Shown here: positions 22,791-33,245 of the stretch, one piece after another
Numbering within the stretch: position 1 is the stretch's first letter
How the letters are laid out: each line of letters begins with the position of its first letter
The notes under the pieces: model-generated
What the model was told of the DNA's origin: nothing
Seen by the model: the letters and a program-made list of their open reading frames with translations, nothing else
Database searches by the model: none
Made by a program: the position numbers and the translations under genes
DNA from: Vicugna vicugna
Taxonomy: Eukaryota
Length of the DNA stretch: 64,000 bases
Assembly (NCBI GenBank): GCA_013265495.1
Contig: MU057560.1
Location: forward strand, 2,418,909-2,482,908
Direction of reading: 5' to 3'

Positions 22791-24060
22791 CTGTCCCTGC
22801 ACTCCCGCCCCGTGGACCCGGGTGGCAGAGCAGCCCCACTACCAGCCCTGGGACCCTGACGGTTCCTCTCTCCTACTCTGCGCCCAGGCCTCAGAACTGA
22901 CCCTCCCACTAAGAGCTTCTCAAATGATCAATGTCTGCTGGTTCCATGGCTCTTCCTCCTTCCAGCCCGTCAGGACCCCCAACGGCGTGTTCTTATCTGA
23001 GCTCAGATCCAGAGCCCAGAGGTGCCTGCTCCCGTCTCTGCTTTCCTGTTCAGAACCCCCCGCACGACTGCCCCCACAGGCTGCCCACCCCCGCCGGAGC
23101 CCGCTCTGGAGGGGCTGAGGGGACACCCTGTGCTGGACACGGAAGGAAGGCGCCTGGGCTGCCCTAACCCGGCGGCACTGATGCCACGGCAGCTGCTGTC
23201 GCCCGCCGGCCCCACCAACGGGACCCCAGCACCAGCACACAGCGCCGTCGCCCACTTAGGGCCTGGCTCCTCCACGAGACCATGCGGTTCCAGGACCAGG
23301 TGCCAGGACTCACCGGTCCTCGGATGCCTGGGGTCGCACATGAGACACGAGGGTCTCCTTCCCTCCTACCCCTTTCAGCTCTCAGAGCATCTTGCTCAAG
23401 TTACATACTTAGCAGCCGCCACATTCTCTAGGCCAGAGCGCCTGGCGGTCCCCCCGAGACCCAGACCCGCGCAGGGCAGCTCTGCGGCCCAGCCTGCTGG
23501 GCGGAGGCACTAGGCGGGCGCACGAGGGCTGGTGGAATCGACCTGAAAATTGTGAAGCCCACCGGTTTCTCTCGGGTGTTTCTCCCAGTGGGGCCCTCGC
23601 CTTTCTCCCTCGGCCATCCTCATGGCCAGAGCCACTGCCGCTGCCTCGGAGGCACAGACCCAGAACGTCCTGCTGAGGTGGGAGCCGCTTGGAGCTGGGA
23701 GGCGGGTACTGCGTGCGCCTTAGAAGTCAAAGAGGGGGAAAGGAGGATTTCAGCACAAGGACCGGGCTGGGAGTGGGGTCTCAGCGCAGAGCGATGGGCT
23801 TGTCGGCACCTGGGGGTCTGTCCCGACTCCAGGCCTCCCCCTCCCCAGTTTCAGGTCTCAGTTTCGCTCAGGGGGAGCGGGTGAGTAACCTAGAGGTGGG
23901 TTCCTCACGCCGAGGAGGGAAGACCCCAGGGAGAAAAGGGGCAGGAGGAGGGGACACGTGCCCGTGCGCACAGCCAAGCCAGCTGTGCTCCTGCTGCCAG
24001 GACCCCGACCCCACCGCCAAGGCAGCCAGCCGCTGGGGGCAGCACGGCTGTTGCTGAACA

Positions 24061-24110
24061 TGTGCGTGTGAGTGTGAGAGAGAGAGAGAGACAGAGAGGA
24101 GGGGAAGGGG
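24061..24110. repeat. (GT)/(GA) compound microsatellite
   Basis: Seen directly in the sequence. Confidence 0.85.
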
Positions 24111-26682
24111 GCAGAATGGGGATTCTTTCTCCTCCTGATGGTCTCTGGATGGCCGCTGTGGCTTCCCCTCCTGTCTTAACTGCTGCTTCAGAGCACCTCA
24201 GGATCGATCCTGGCTGGTCTGAGAACCCTGGAAAGGAGCCGGTTGGAGCCAAGTTAGCTGCTGGGTCAGATGGAGGCTGACGTGCCGGGCAGATGGCCGT
24301 CTGGGAACGGACGGCCCCCAGCCCCCACGGCCCGGCCGGCGTCCCTGCGTGTCCCGCCTCCTCTCCGAGCCGGAGCCTCGGGCGGCCCTGAGCCTGTGCC
24401 TCCCCACACGTCGGCCCATTTTCTCTTCCCGGCTGCCCGGGAGGCGGGTGTTATCACCCTCACCTTCTACCTGAGGGAAGAGAGTGTGTGGACACCTGTC
24501 TCAGGGGTGGAGCCAGTGTGAGCGAGTCCCCTGACCTGGGAGTCTGGGTGGGGAGGGTTCCCATGGAGAGGCCTCCTGGGCACAGAGAGCTGCCCCCGGG
24601 AGTGAGGTGTAAGTCGCCAGAGCTGCATCCTGAGGAGGCGGATGGGTAGAGGAGTGAGGTGTGGGGTGGGGGGCTGTGCCAGTGCGTCAGCTGGGAGCCA
24701 CCCCCAATCTCCGCACCCAGAGACGCAGCCCCAGGGGCCTGCTGCTTCCTCGGCCTCTTCCCAGGACAGAGGGGCGTGGTCATCCCAGCAGCTTTGTTAC
24801 TTCCCCCAGACCCGCTGCGCTGCCAGACGCCTGGGACGGACTGTGAGTGTGGTGGGCTCAGTGCGAGAGCAGAGGCCACCTGGGAGGATCACTCCTGGGT
24901 CTTGGGGATGAGATCCTGGCCGAGTGTCTCTCACCTGTTTGGGAAGGTGCTACCCAAGCGTTGCTCCCGTCAGCCTGGTGGGTCTCTGAAGGTTAGGGAT
25001 GACATGGAATGGGGTGCGTGAGAGCCTTTGTTTTCTCGGTGGTGACGCGAGAGGTGTTCTTACCGCCCAGGCCCGTTGCGGGATGGGGGGCGGTGCTGAG
25101 ACAAGACCCTACCTCTGTGGCGCTCCTGGCCAGTTAGACCTCCCAGCAGAGCCTGCCTCCCTGGACAGGCCGGAGGTCCCCTGGGGCAGCAGGGAGGCCG
25201 GTGGAAGGACCTGCACTTCTGCACCCACCCAGGGGGAGGTGCTGTTGTTAACTCTGGTGCCCAGAAGCCCCAGAGTCACAGCGCCCGAGAAGGAAAGCCA
25301 GGATGCAGCCCGACTCGGACAGGCCCAGCGCTCCCACCCCAGGCCCAGGCCTGCTGCCCCCAGAGGGGGACCCGGCTGGGCTTGTGGGGAGGAGGGTTCC
25401 GGGCAGAGGGAGAGTGGGGAACCTGACCGGTCGCATTTCCTTGTTTTTATTTCCCCAGTAAATGCAGCACTGGATTGGGGGGAGGGGCAGCTCCGAGCTT
25501 ACAGTGGCTTTTAGTTAATTCCATTAATTGTAAGATATTTTATGTTCCTCTAAAAAGATGGCGTCAAAAACTTGAGATGCTTCTGATGTGAATCTCTGAC
25601 AAGGAGAAAGTGCATCTTGGACTTGACGAGGAACCTTTGTGCTTTTGGGGCAAACAGTTCCCTTTGGGGCTCCGTCCGCTGCGCAATGTCGGCACCTGTC
25701 AGTGGGACAGACGTTCCCCTGCTCCGCGGCCCACATCATGTGAGACGCGGTCTCCCGGGCGCCGAGACATCGGGGGTGCCTGAGACCCCTCCAAGAGCAC
25801 CGTGTGCTGGAAGAGGCCTGTGGCCGCTGTCCGGCAGGCGGACGGTGAAGGCTCCCTGAGGTCGCGAGGTCCTCCAGTGGTGCCCTGGGCTGGCGGGCAC
25901 TTGCTGCCTGGGGCAGGGCTCCCACGAGTCCCCCAGCCTGGCATCTGGGCTCGCCCGTGCGCCCAGGGAGGAGGGATCGGAGAACTCAAGAAGCGTCTAA
26001 GTCTAAGTGCGGCTGCAGGATCCGCAGTTTTGCAGCTGCTCTCTGGGCTGGGCTGTCCTTGCACTTGGGCATTTAATAATGCAGGCGAGAGCCTCTCGTC
26101 CTATTAATTATTAATCGCCCTTTTTGCATATCTGAGGGCAGCACCGAGAGGAGCTCTAAGGCGGAGAAGATCTGGACTGGGGGGAGCAGCAGAGGAAGCT
26201 GTCTGCCGCCAATGCCCCTCCCCGGCCCCTGCCGTGGGAGGCCTCTGGGCTCATCCTGGTCACGTCCTCAGAGCAGCTGGAGTGGGGGTGGGCTCCTCCA
26301 GCCTGCAAGCGTGTTTGTGCACCGTGTGTGGCGAGGCCCACATCTCCAAGGGCACCGGGTTCTCTAGCAGGAAAAGCAGGGGGGCTGGTTTCTGAAAGGA
26401 GCTCCTTCGTGACTGAGCCTGCCTGCCCCTCGCTTACCCGGGGTGACAGGCAGCCCACTGGGGCCTGAGGCGCAGTCTGCCCGCCAGCCGTGGGGGGCGC
26501 TCTCCCTGCGGATCTCGGTGCCTGGAGGCGTCTGCAGTCTGCACACTCTTCTTTCTGAGCAGCCTTTGCCCTTAGCCACCATTTCCCGGTCCCACAGGCC
26601 CAGCGGGCTGGCGGGGGACGTGCCAGGCCCGCTCCTGCAGCCCGTGAGCGCATTACAGCCGGGCGTGCCAGGGCAGGTGCAG

Positions 26683-26730
26683 CCTGGGAATCAGCATTCT
26701 CTCCCCGACCTGGGAATCAGCATTCTCTCC
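26683..26730. repeat. Tandem duplication, period 26 bp
   Basis: CCTGGGAATCAGCATTCTCTCC occurs identically at 26683 and 26709. Confidence 0.95.
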
Positions 26731-29485
26731 TGCCATCACGTGCCTGGCTCTCACCTCACTCACACGGCCCTCGGCCTCGAGAAGTAGATATTAAAAATAA
26801 CAATCGAAGGAAAAAAGGACTCTGAAATGTTCTGCATCAGTTGCACGTGGTTTTAATTGTGTCCTTTCAAAACCTGGGGTGGGGTGGGGGGGCCCTTGGT
26901 TCTCCTGAAACTTTCTCCACAAAGGGCTGGTGGCAGGAGGACCAGCGGGGACGAGGGCAGCGCTCCCCTGACTCTCCCAACGAGACCAGCTCCCTGGCCT
27001 GCTGAGAAAGGAGAGACCCACCAGCACGGCTGGGCCCGAGAAGAAAAGGGCGGCCTGGACCAGGCTCCCACGCCTGGCCCTTGGCAATGTGCCGGCTGCC
27101 GGGCCTGAGCGCGGCAGGGAAGGAGGGGTTCCTGCAGCCAGATCATAACAGATCAGGTGCCAGAATGTCAGGGTCCTGCTCCTGCAAGGGCGCTGTGTGC
27201 ACGGCACACTCCCGGGGCACTCGAGGGCCTGAGTGTTTCCCCCACAAAACGGCAGAAGACTTGGTCACTGTCCCGGAGGAATCTGGGATGCTCGCAGCTG
27301 GCGAGACAGGGTCCACTCTGGAGCAGAGCAGGACCCCGACAGGGCAGAAGCATCCGTCTGAGATGCCACCACAGTCCACACCGTAAACACAGCAGCGCAG
27401 AACCTGCAGACGTGGTTCCCAGACCACGTCCGCCCCTTGATGGGCGCGTGTGCACGCCATCAGCTCACGACCTCCTCCTGCCTCCTGGACGTGCCAGGTC
27501 CAGGCAACATTCCTGCTCAGGGTGGTCCCCCACCCCCGTGTCCTGTTCACCATTCAGACCTGGCCTGGCCGAGTTCCCCTCCTGAAACTTCCTGGCACCC
27601 TAGAGCGAGCTGCGTGTGCCCCCGATCCAATCCCGCTCGACAAGATCTCTGCTAGAACATCTTCCATTGGAGTTTACCTACCTTATCCGTCTCCTCACAA
27701 GAGTGCAAGCCCTTGCTTGAGTGTATGGTTCCCGTGTGCAAACTGGGCGGGCTTCGCCCCTTCTTCAGAGGGACCGGCCCCCCGCACTGCGAGCAGGACT
27801 TGGCGACCAGAGCCGGCCCGCCCATCAAGCTCCCCGACCGCTGGGCGGGCGCCCACCAGGGGCACCAGCTGCAAACTCTGCGTGCTTCCCTGCAGCCAGA
27901 GGGTCGGCCGGCACCTCCCGGTGCCCGGCATGGGGCGCATGGAAGAGCTGTTTGGAATGAGCGGATTTAAGGGGACTGGCCCCTCGAGGGCTTGGTGGAA
28001 ACAGTTAGAGATCTCTGAGCTGCCCTGGGTCTCCTCCCCACTGTCCCTGGCACTGTGGCCACCCCGGGAGGTGACACGGGGACAACACAGCCACACAGAC
28101 TTCCACACAAAGCCAAGGGGGCCGTGGGCACATGGGCTGGTGCACACGTGGGAGATGCCGCGTTAAACTCTTTCTCCGTTTCCCGTGCGTGTGTGTCTTC
28201 CTACCGCCTGGAGGGCGCTGTGGTCTGGGTCAAGCCCCGGAACGCACCCGGGGGTCCTGGGGATCCGGCCGCCGCTGGGCCGCCACCGTCTGCACCTCTG
28301 TCGCGGCACCAGGGACCGGCATTGAGCTCGTCGCTTCCCTGAGAGAAAAAAATGCATTTAAAAATTTATGCAGAACTTCATACCTGTGCAGGTGGGCTTC
28401 AATAACCATGGGAGACCTGGAGTCTAAGGAAGAAAATTCCCAATTAATTCTGAGTTGGAAGGAGACAGAGAGACTTAGAAACCAGACATCACGCTGGGGA
28501 AACTGTCACTCACAGATCACTTCACAATCTGGTGCTGAAGTGGGGCTTGGACCACCAGCCCCGGCCGTCACAGCTGCCCTGCCCTGTGTCCCAGACGCAC
28601 AAACGACACAGCCACACGCAGCCCTGGGGCCGGACCCGGAGACACGGGCTGCAGTCAGGGGCTCAGGAGACTGCGGGAGGCGCCTGCAGGGGGGCCGGTG
28701 CTGCCGCAGGGCTGTGCTGGGGGCGCCGGAGCAGGTGTGACACCAGCCTGTTTTCATGGGACACGCCCTCGGGGGGAGGAACAAACTCTGCGGTGAGGCA
28801 GCAGCCCTGTGAGGTGGTGATTCAAGGCAGCTGTCGCTGGGGTGGTGCAGCCTTGGGCTGGAAGACTCACACCTCATTCCAACTTCGTCCCGCCTGCGGC
28901 TGGGCATTCCAGGCAAGAACATGTCTCTACCTGCGGCGCAGATGGCTGGGATGATGGATGGTTCTGAGAACCAATGAGTTTGCACCAAGTTTCACGAAAG
29001 CTGGAAAACTGACTGACCTTGTCCAAGAGGACTTTCTGCTGCTGCAAACCCCTCGCTGTATTAGGCAGAACCACGGTGGGGAAGTAAACCGGGAGACAGC
29101 ACTTCCCCCGGACCTCCTGAAGTGGGCGAGATCAGCTTTGCTCTTCGCAGGGAGGGTAAAGCAGAGCGACTGCCTCTGCTGGGCTCCAGCACTGCTCAGC
29201 CCGCTGGGGCTGGTGCCAGGCAGCTGCATCCATGCACATGTGCGTGCGTGCAGGTGGGATGCGTTCCCATCACTAAAAGCACGTGGCTGATGAGGACAGG
29301 TTCAGGTGGGAAACTGCAACTAGTGTCTTATTTTTGGCACCACGTAGCGTCCGGTTCCCTGGAATGTATGGGCGTTTGGAAGGCATCTGGGGAGGAGGTG
29401 GGAGGACTCCAGAGGGTGGCTGCGGCGCAGGGATCTCCTGGACCAGACGGACGGGCCAGGCTGGGGAGGCTCACATGGTGGCCTG

Positions 29486-29499
29486 GTTGCCATGGCGAC
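29486..29499. promoter_or_regulatory. RFX X-box motif
   Basis: GTTGCCATGGCGAC matches the palindromic consensus GTTGCCATGGCAAC at 13/14 positions. Confidence 0.5.
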
Positions 29500-30423
29500 A
29501 CCTTGCCTGAGCAGCCCAGACCTCAGCGGGAATTTCCCAGGATGCCTCGCCTGTGTTTCCTGCTCCTGTTGGTCTCTTCCAGGTTCTCCTTTCCTCCCTG
29601 TTTCTTCCTTGTTTCGGTTACATAATCTCTCCTTCTGGGACAGAAGTGTGGGAGGCAAGTGAAGGATTCCTGCTTTAAAACTGGGAGGCCGAGCTGAAGG
29701 AAGTGTCAAGGACAGCTGCCTTGGCAGCGAAGTCTCCTGAGAGCCCGTGTCCTGGCAGAACAGTTGCTCAGTGAATATGTGCTGAACAGAGTCGGAGGCG
29801 AGTCTGGGCGTGAGGCTCCTTCCTGTGTGTTCAGCCCAGACTGGCTGCTTTCTCGGTCCCTTCCCCCACCAGCGTCCCAGGTCCAGGGGATACAGTCAGA
29901 GAAACCCAAGCCCCTCACAGCCGGGCTGTGCATAGGGCAGGGGGTCGCTGTTTTGGTCAGAACAGAAATGCCGGTCTAGCAGATGGATGTAACTTTCCCC
30001 AGGGGAGGGGCCTGCGTTTGGGGAGGAGGGCCCTGTGGCGTTTGGGGAGGGGGGGCTGAAACAAGTGAGTGCTCATCCCCAGAGCCCGAGTCATCAGCCA
30101 GCTGGGCTTCAAGTTCTGACCGTTTGTTCAGAGCGGGCTCTGAGCACTGGGGCTGGCTCACGTCCGGTGCTCTGAGGGTCTCCGTCTACCGGGCTCTCTG
30201 CGGTTTCTGTCCCCTGAGGAAGGGGGCTGATGTCAGGGCCTGTGGGGCACTGGGCCGTTCCCCCTTCTGTCGAGGAGACGTTTGCTCAGACATATCAGAA
30301 GGACTTTTGATGGACAACATGTCCGGTGGGGCTCAGGCGACTGCCACCCTAGCTCCTCCATCCTCCCGTCTGAGATCAGAGATGGAAAGGGACTCAAAAC
30401 CCACTGAGAACCACATCCTCGCT

Positions 30424-30437
30424 GTTGTCATGGCAAC
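30424..30437. promoter_or_regulatory. RFX X-box motif
   Basis: GTTGTCATGGCAAC matches the consensus GTTGCCATGGCAAC at 13/14 positions. Confidence 0.5.
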
Positions 30438-30816
30438 TCATCCCACAAACATATACTGAGCATCGAGTCCATGACAGGCACTGAGGCAGCCATGCGGGGG
30501 GCTCGCACGGCAGCTGGGTGTGAAGGCAGTGTGAGCACACAGGGTGCCCCCCAGAGACGCCGGCACTGCAGCCACGACGGGACAGAGTCAGACGTGGCCA
30601 CGTGGAGGGCAGGGCACTGTCTCTTGGATGGAGGATGAGACTCTCAGGCACCCCTGGCTGTGCACACCTGGTCCCCATGGAGCAGGTCCCCCCTGTTGGA
30701 CACAGAGAAGGCTCCTTACGACAGAGCTGCTCTGGGAGAGCACTGTGTGTTCAAGGATGGTGGAAAGAGCTGGAACTGGCCATGAGCGTGGAGACTCCTC
30801 TGACTAAAGGGGGTGA

Positions 30817-30960
30817 GTGTGTGGAGGTGCAGGTGTGCGGAGGTGCAGGTGTGCAGAGGTGCAAGTGTGTGGAGGTGCAGGTGTGTGGAGGTGGAGGTGT
30901 ATGAAGGTCCAGGTGTGTGGATGTGCAGGTGTGTGGAGGTACAGGTATGTAAAGATGTGG
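30817..30960. repeat. Minisatellite, 16-bp unit x ~9
   Basis: Consensus GTGTGTGGAGGTGCAG. Units start at 30817, 30833, 30849, 30865, 30881, 30897, 30913, 30929 and 30945. Confidence 0.95.
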
Positions 30961-32184
30961 TGCCCACAGTCACCCTGCACAGACCGCACAGGTGGAGGAG
31001 GAGGATGGACAGATCTACAGTCCGCACAACCTGATTTTGGTCCAGAACACCCTTCACTGGAGGTGATGGAGCTGGTGGCCCTGGGTGTGACAGGCAGAGC
31101 TGCTGTGTGACGAAGAGGCCTGGGCGTCTCTGTGCTCAGGACTCCGCAGGGTCACGGGAAGGGCGCTCTGGTCTTCGTGGAGCACAGGGAGCTGGGGCAG
31201 CAGTGCCAGCACCACTGCGCCCCTTCCGTCCCAGCGCTGCGTCGACTTCTGTCACCGCACAGGGACACACACGGAGGAAGCCCCGCCACGTCCTCAGAGA
31301 GGGCGTTTATCAGCATTACAAATGTGTTAGGAGCTCCGGCTCTCCCGAACCTCCAGCCCACGGGACCAGCTTCCAGGAGGAGCAGTGGAAATAAACAATA
31401 AGTACTCGCTGACGACTTGGCTGACGGTGGGACGGAGTCACATGAGCCAGCAGGTTGTGCGTGGAAGGGTGAGTGTTCACTACGCCCATGCAGGGGGTGC
31501 GGCTGGGGACGAGGGGCGCCCTGGCAGAGGGAGGTGGTTGGAATAACCAGCAGACGGGTGGTGACACCTGCCCGGCCTCCCCGGAGGGGCCTACGGCTCC
31601 CAGGACAGGGGTCTAGACGAGGCAGAGACGCACTGTGCTCCGGGAATCGCCGCCTGGCGGGGAACTGACCGTGATCTCACGCCTGCATCTCTGGGTTAAG
31701 GGCCAGGCTCCCGGGAACAGGGCGGGGGTGGGGTGACGCTGAGGGAGCCTCAGAGCTCCTCCCTCCGCCGCTGTGACCAGGACGCCTGCTTCTGTGGACC
31801 ACAGACCCCAGTCAGGACTTTATAAAGGACCTCCACCTGGTCTCTTTGAACCATCATTGCCTCCTTTGTTCTCTCAGCCGGGAGGCCCTGGGGTTCAACC
31901 TGGGTGTCGGCAGCAGGAGGCACTGTCATGGCCAACCCAGCGACCTGGCCTGAGGCAGGCCTGTCGGAAAGGCTGGGACCCTTGGCCCTGGATCAGCGCA
32001 GACACAGCGGGGGAACGACCAGGTGTCCGTCTGTGTGGAGAGGCTGCGAGAGAGACCGGGGCGCCCACCAAGTCTCCAAAACGGAGGGTGAAAGGAATTG
32101 TCCGTAACAGACTGGCAGCCGGGCCAGCCCTCCGTCTGGGGGCTGGGGTCTGGGGGGAGCAGTGTGTCTGCACATCAGGGACGC

Positions 32185-32603
32185 CGAGGGGGGGCTTCTC
32201 CAGGGAGGAGTCGTGACCGGGCCCTGGGGAGCCCAGATGTCTGCACAATCGTTACGGAGTCTGGGTGTGTCTCCATCAGTGGACCGAGGAGAGCAGGTGG
32301 CCCTCCCCAGTGAGGGGGCCTCACCCGGCCCACCGAGGCCTGAACAGAACAGGAAGGAATACGGAGGAAGGCTGCTCTGCCTGACGGTCTGGGAACGGGG
32401 CCCAGCCTCCGGGGGACCGGGACTGGGCTGACCTCCTGCGGGCTCTCCCGCATACCGGCCGCAGCCTCCGGGACCACATGGTTCGGCTCCTTACAGTCAA
32501 GCCCCAGCCCGGCCTCTCTCCCCCCTCCACCTACCTCTCTCTTTCTCTCTCTCTTTTTAATTGAAGCCTAGTTTTTGCTGTTTCTCTGGAGAACCCTGAC
32601 ACT
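32185..32603 (+). mobile_element. ERVL LTR (MLT2B/D-like), GC-shifted
   Basis: TGACCGGGCCCTGGGGAGCCCAGATGTCTG, GGCCTGAACAGAACAGGAAGG and the terminal GTTTCTCTGGAGAACCCTGAC match recalled MLT2 landmarks in order. Confidence 0.75.
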
Positions 32604-32604
32604 A

Positions 32605-33245
32605 GCGTTGTGTAACAAATCACCGTGAAGTAAGTGCTTCAAACGATAAGCGTCTACGGTCTCCGTGTCCATCGACCAGCAGTCTGGGCCACAAACCGTC
32701 GCCGGGTCTCCTGCTCAGGGTCTTGCAGAGCTGCAACCAGGGTGTGGCTGCATTTCCACCTGATGCCTGACGGTGGAAGTGTCCACTTCCATGCTCCCCT
32801 GGGGTGATGGCAGAATTCCTCCCTTGCGGTGGCAAGACCGATGGCCTGTCCTTTTGCTGGCTGTCAGCTGGAGGCCACCCTTTGCTCTCAAAGGCCATTC
32901 AAGGCTCCTTTAAGTCATCTACAGCTCCCCGCAGTCACCTGCTCCTCCCAGCGGTCACCTGCACCTCCCAGCGGTCACCTGCTCCTCCCAGCGGTCACCT
33001 GCTCCTCCCAGCGGTCACCTGCAGCTCTATGCCGTGTGAGTTTCCCCACACATCATCAAGTCGGTCAGGACAGCCTCCAGAGCACCTGCCGGCAAGAAGG
33101 AGGCTGACACCATGATGTGCTGTCATCACAGGAGCAGCCTCCCCTGACCTGTGGTGCTTCCACGGGGCAGAGTGAGGGGGTCTCCCAGGGCGTAAGCCCA
33201 GAGGGGCCGGGGCCAAGGGGCCCAATTTTGAGTCTGTCCACCAAC
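32605..33245 (-). mobile_element. MaLR LTR (MLT1F-like) interrupted by a minisatellite
   Basis: TGTGTAACAAATCACC...GGGTCTCCTGCTCAGGGTCTTGC...TTGCTGGCTGTCAGCTGGAGGCCACCCT, resuming after the array with CATCAAG...GCAAGAAGGAG and ending GAGTCTGTCCACCA. Confidence 0.75.
32921..33026. repeat. Minisatellite, 20-bp unit x ~5
   Basis: GCTCCTCCCAGCGGTCACCT occurs at 32941, 32981 and 33001, with a 1-mismatch copy at 32961 and a degenerate copy at 32921. Confidence 0.97.

Noticed and set aside
30817..33026. CRISPR-like arrays
   Set aside because: These are head-to-tail tandem units without unique spacers, in eukaryotic DNA with no cas genes.
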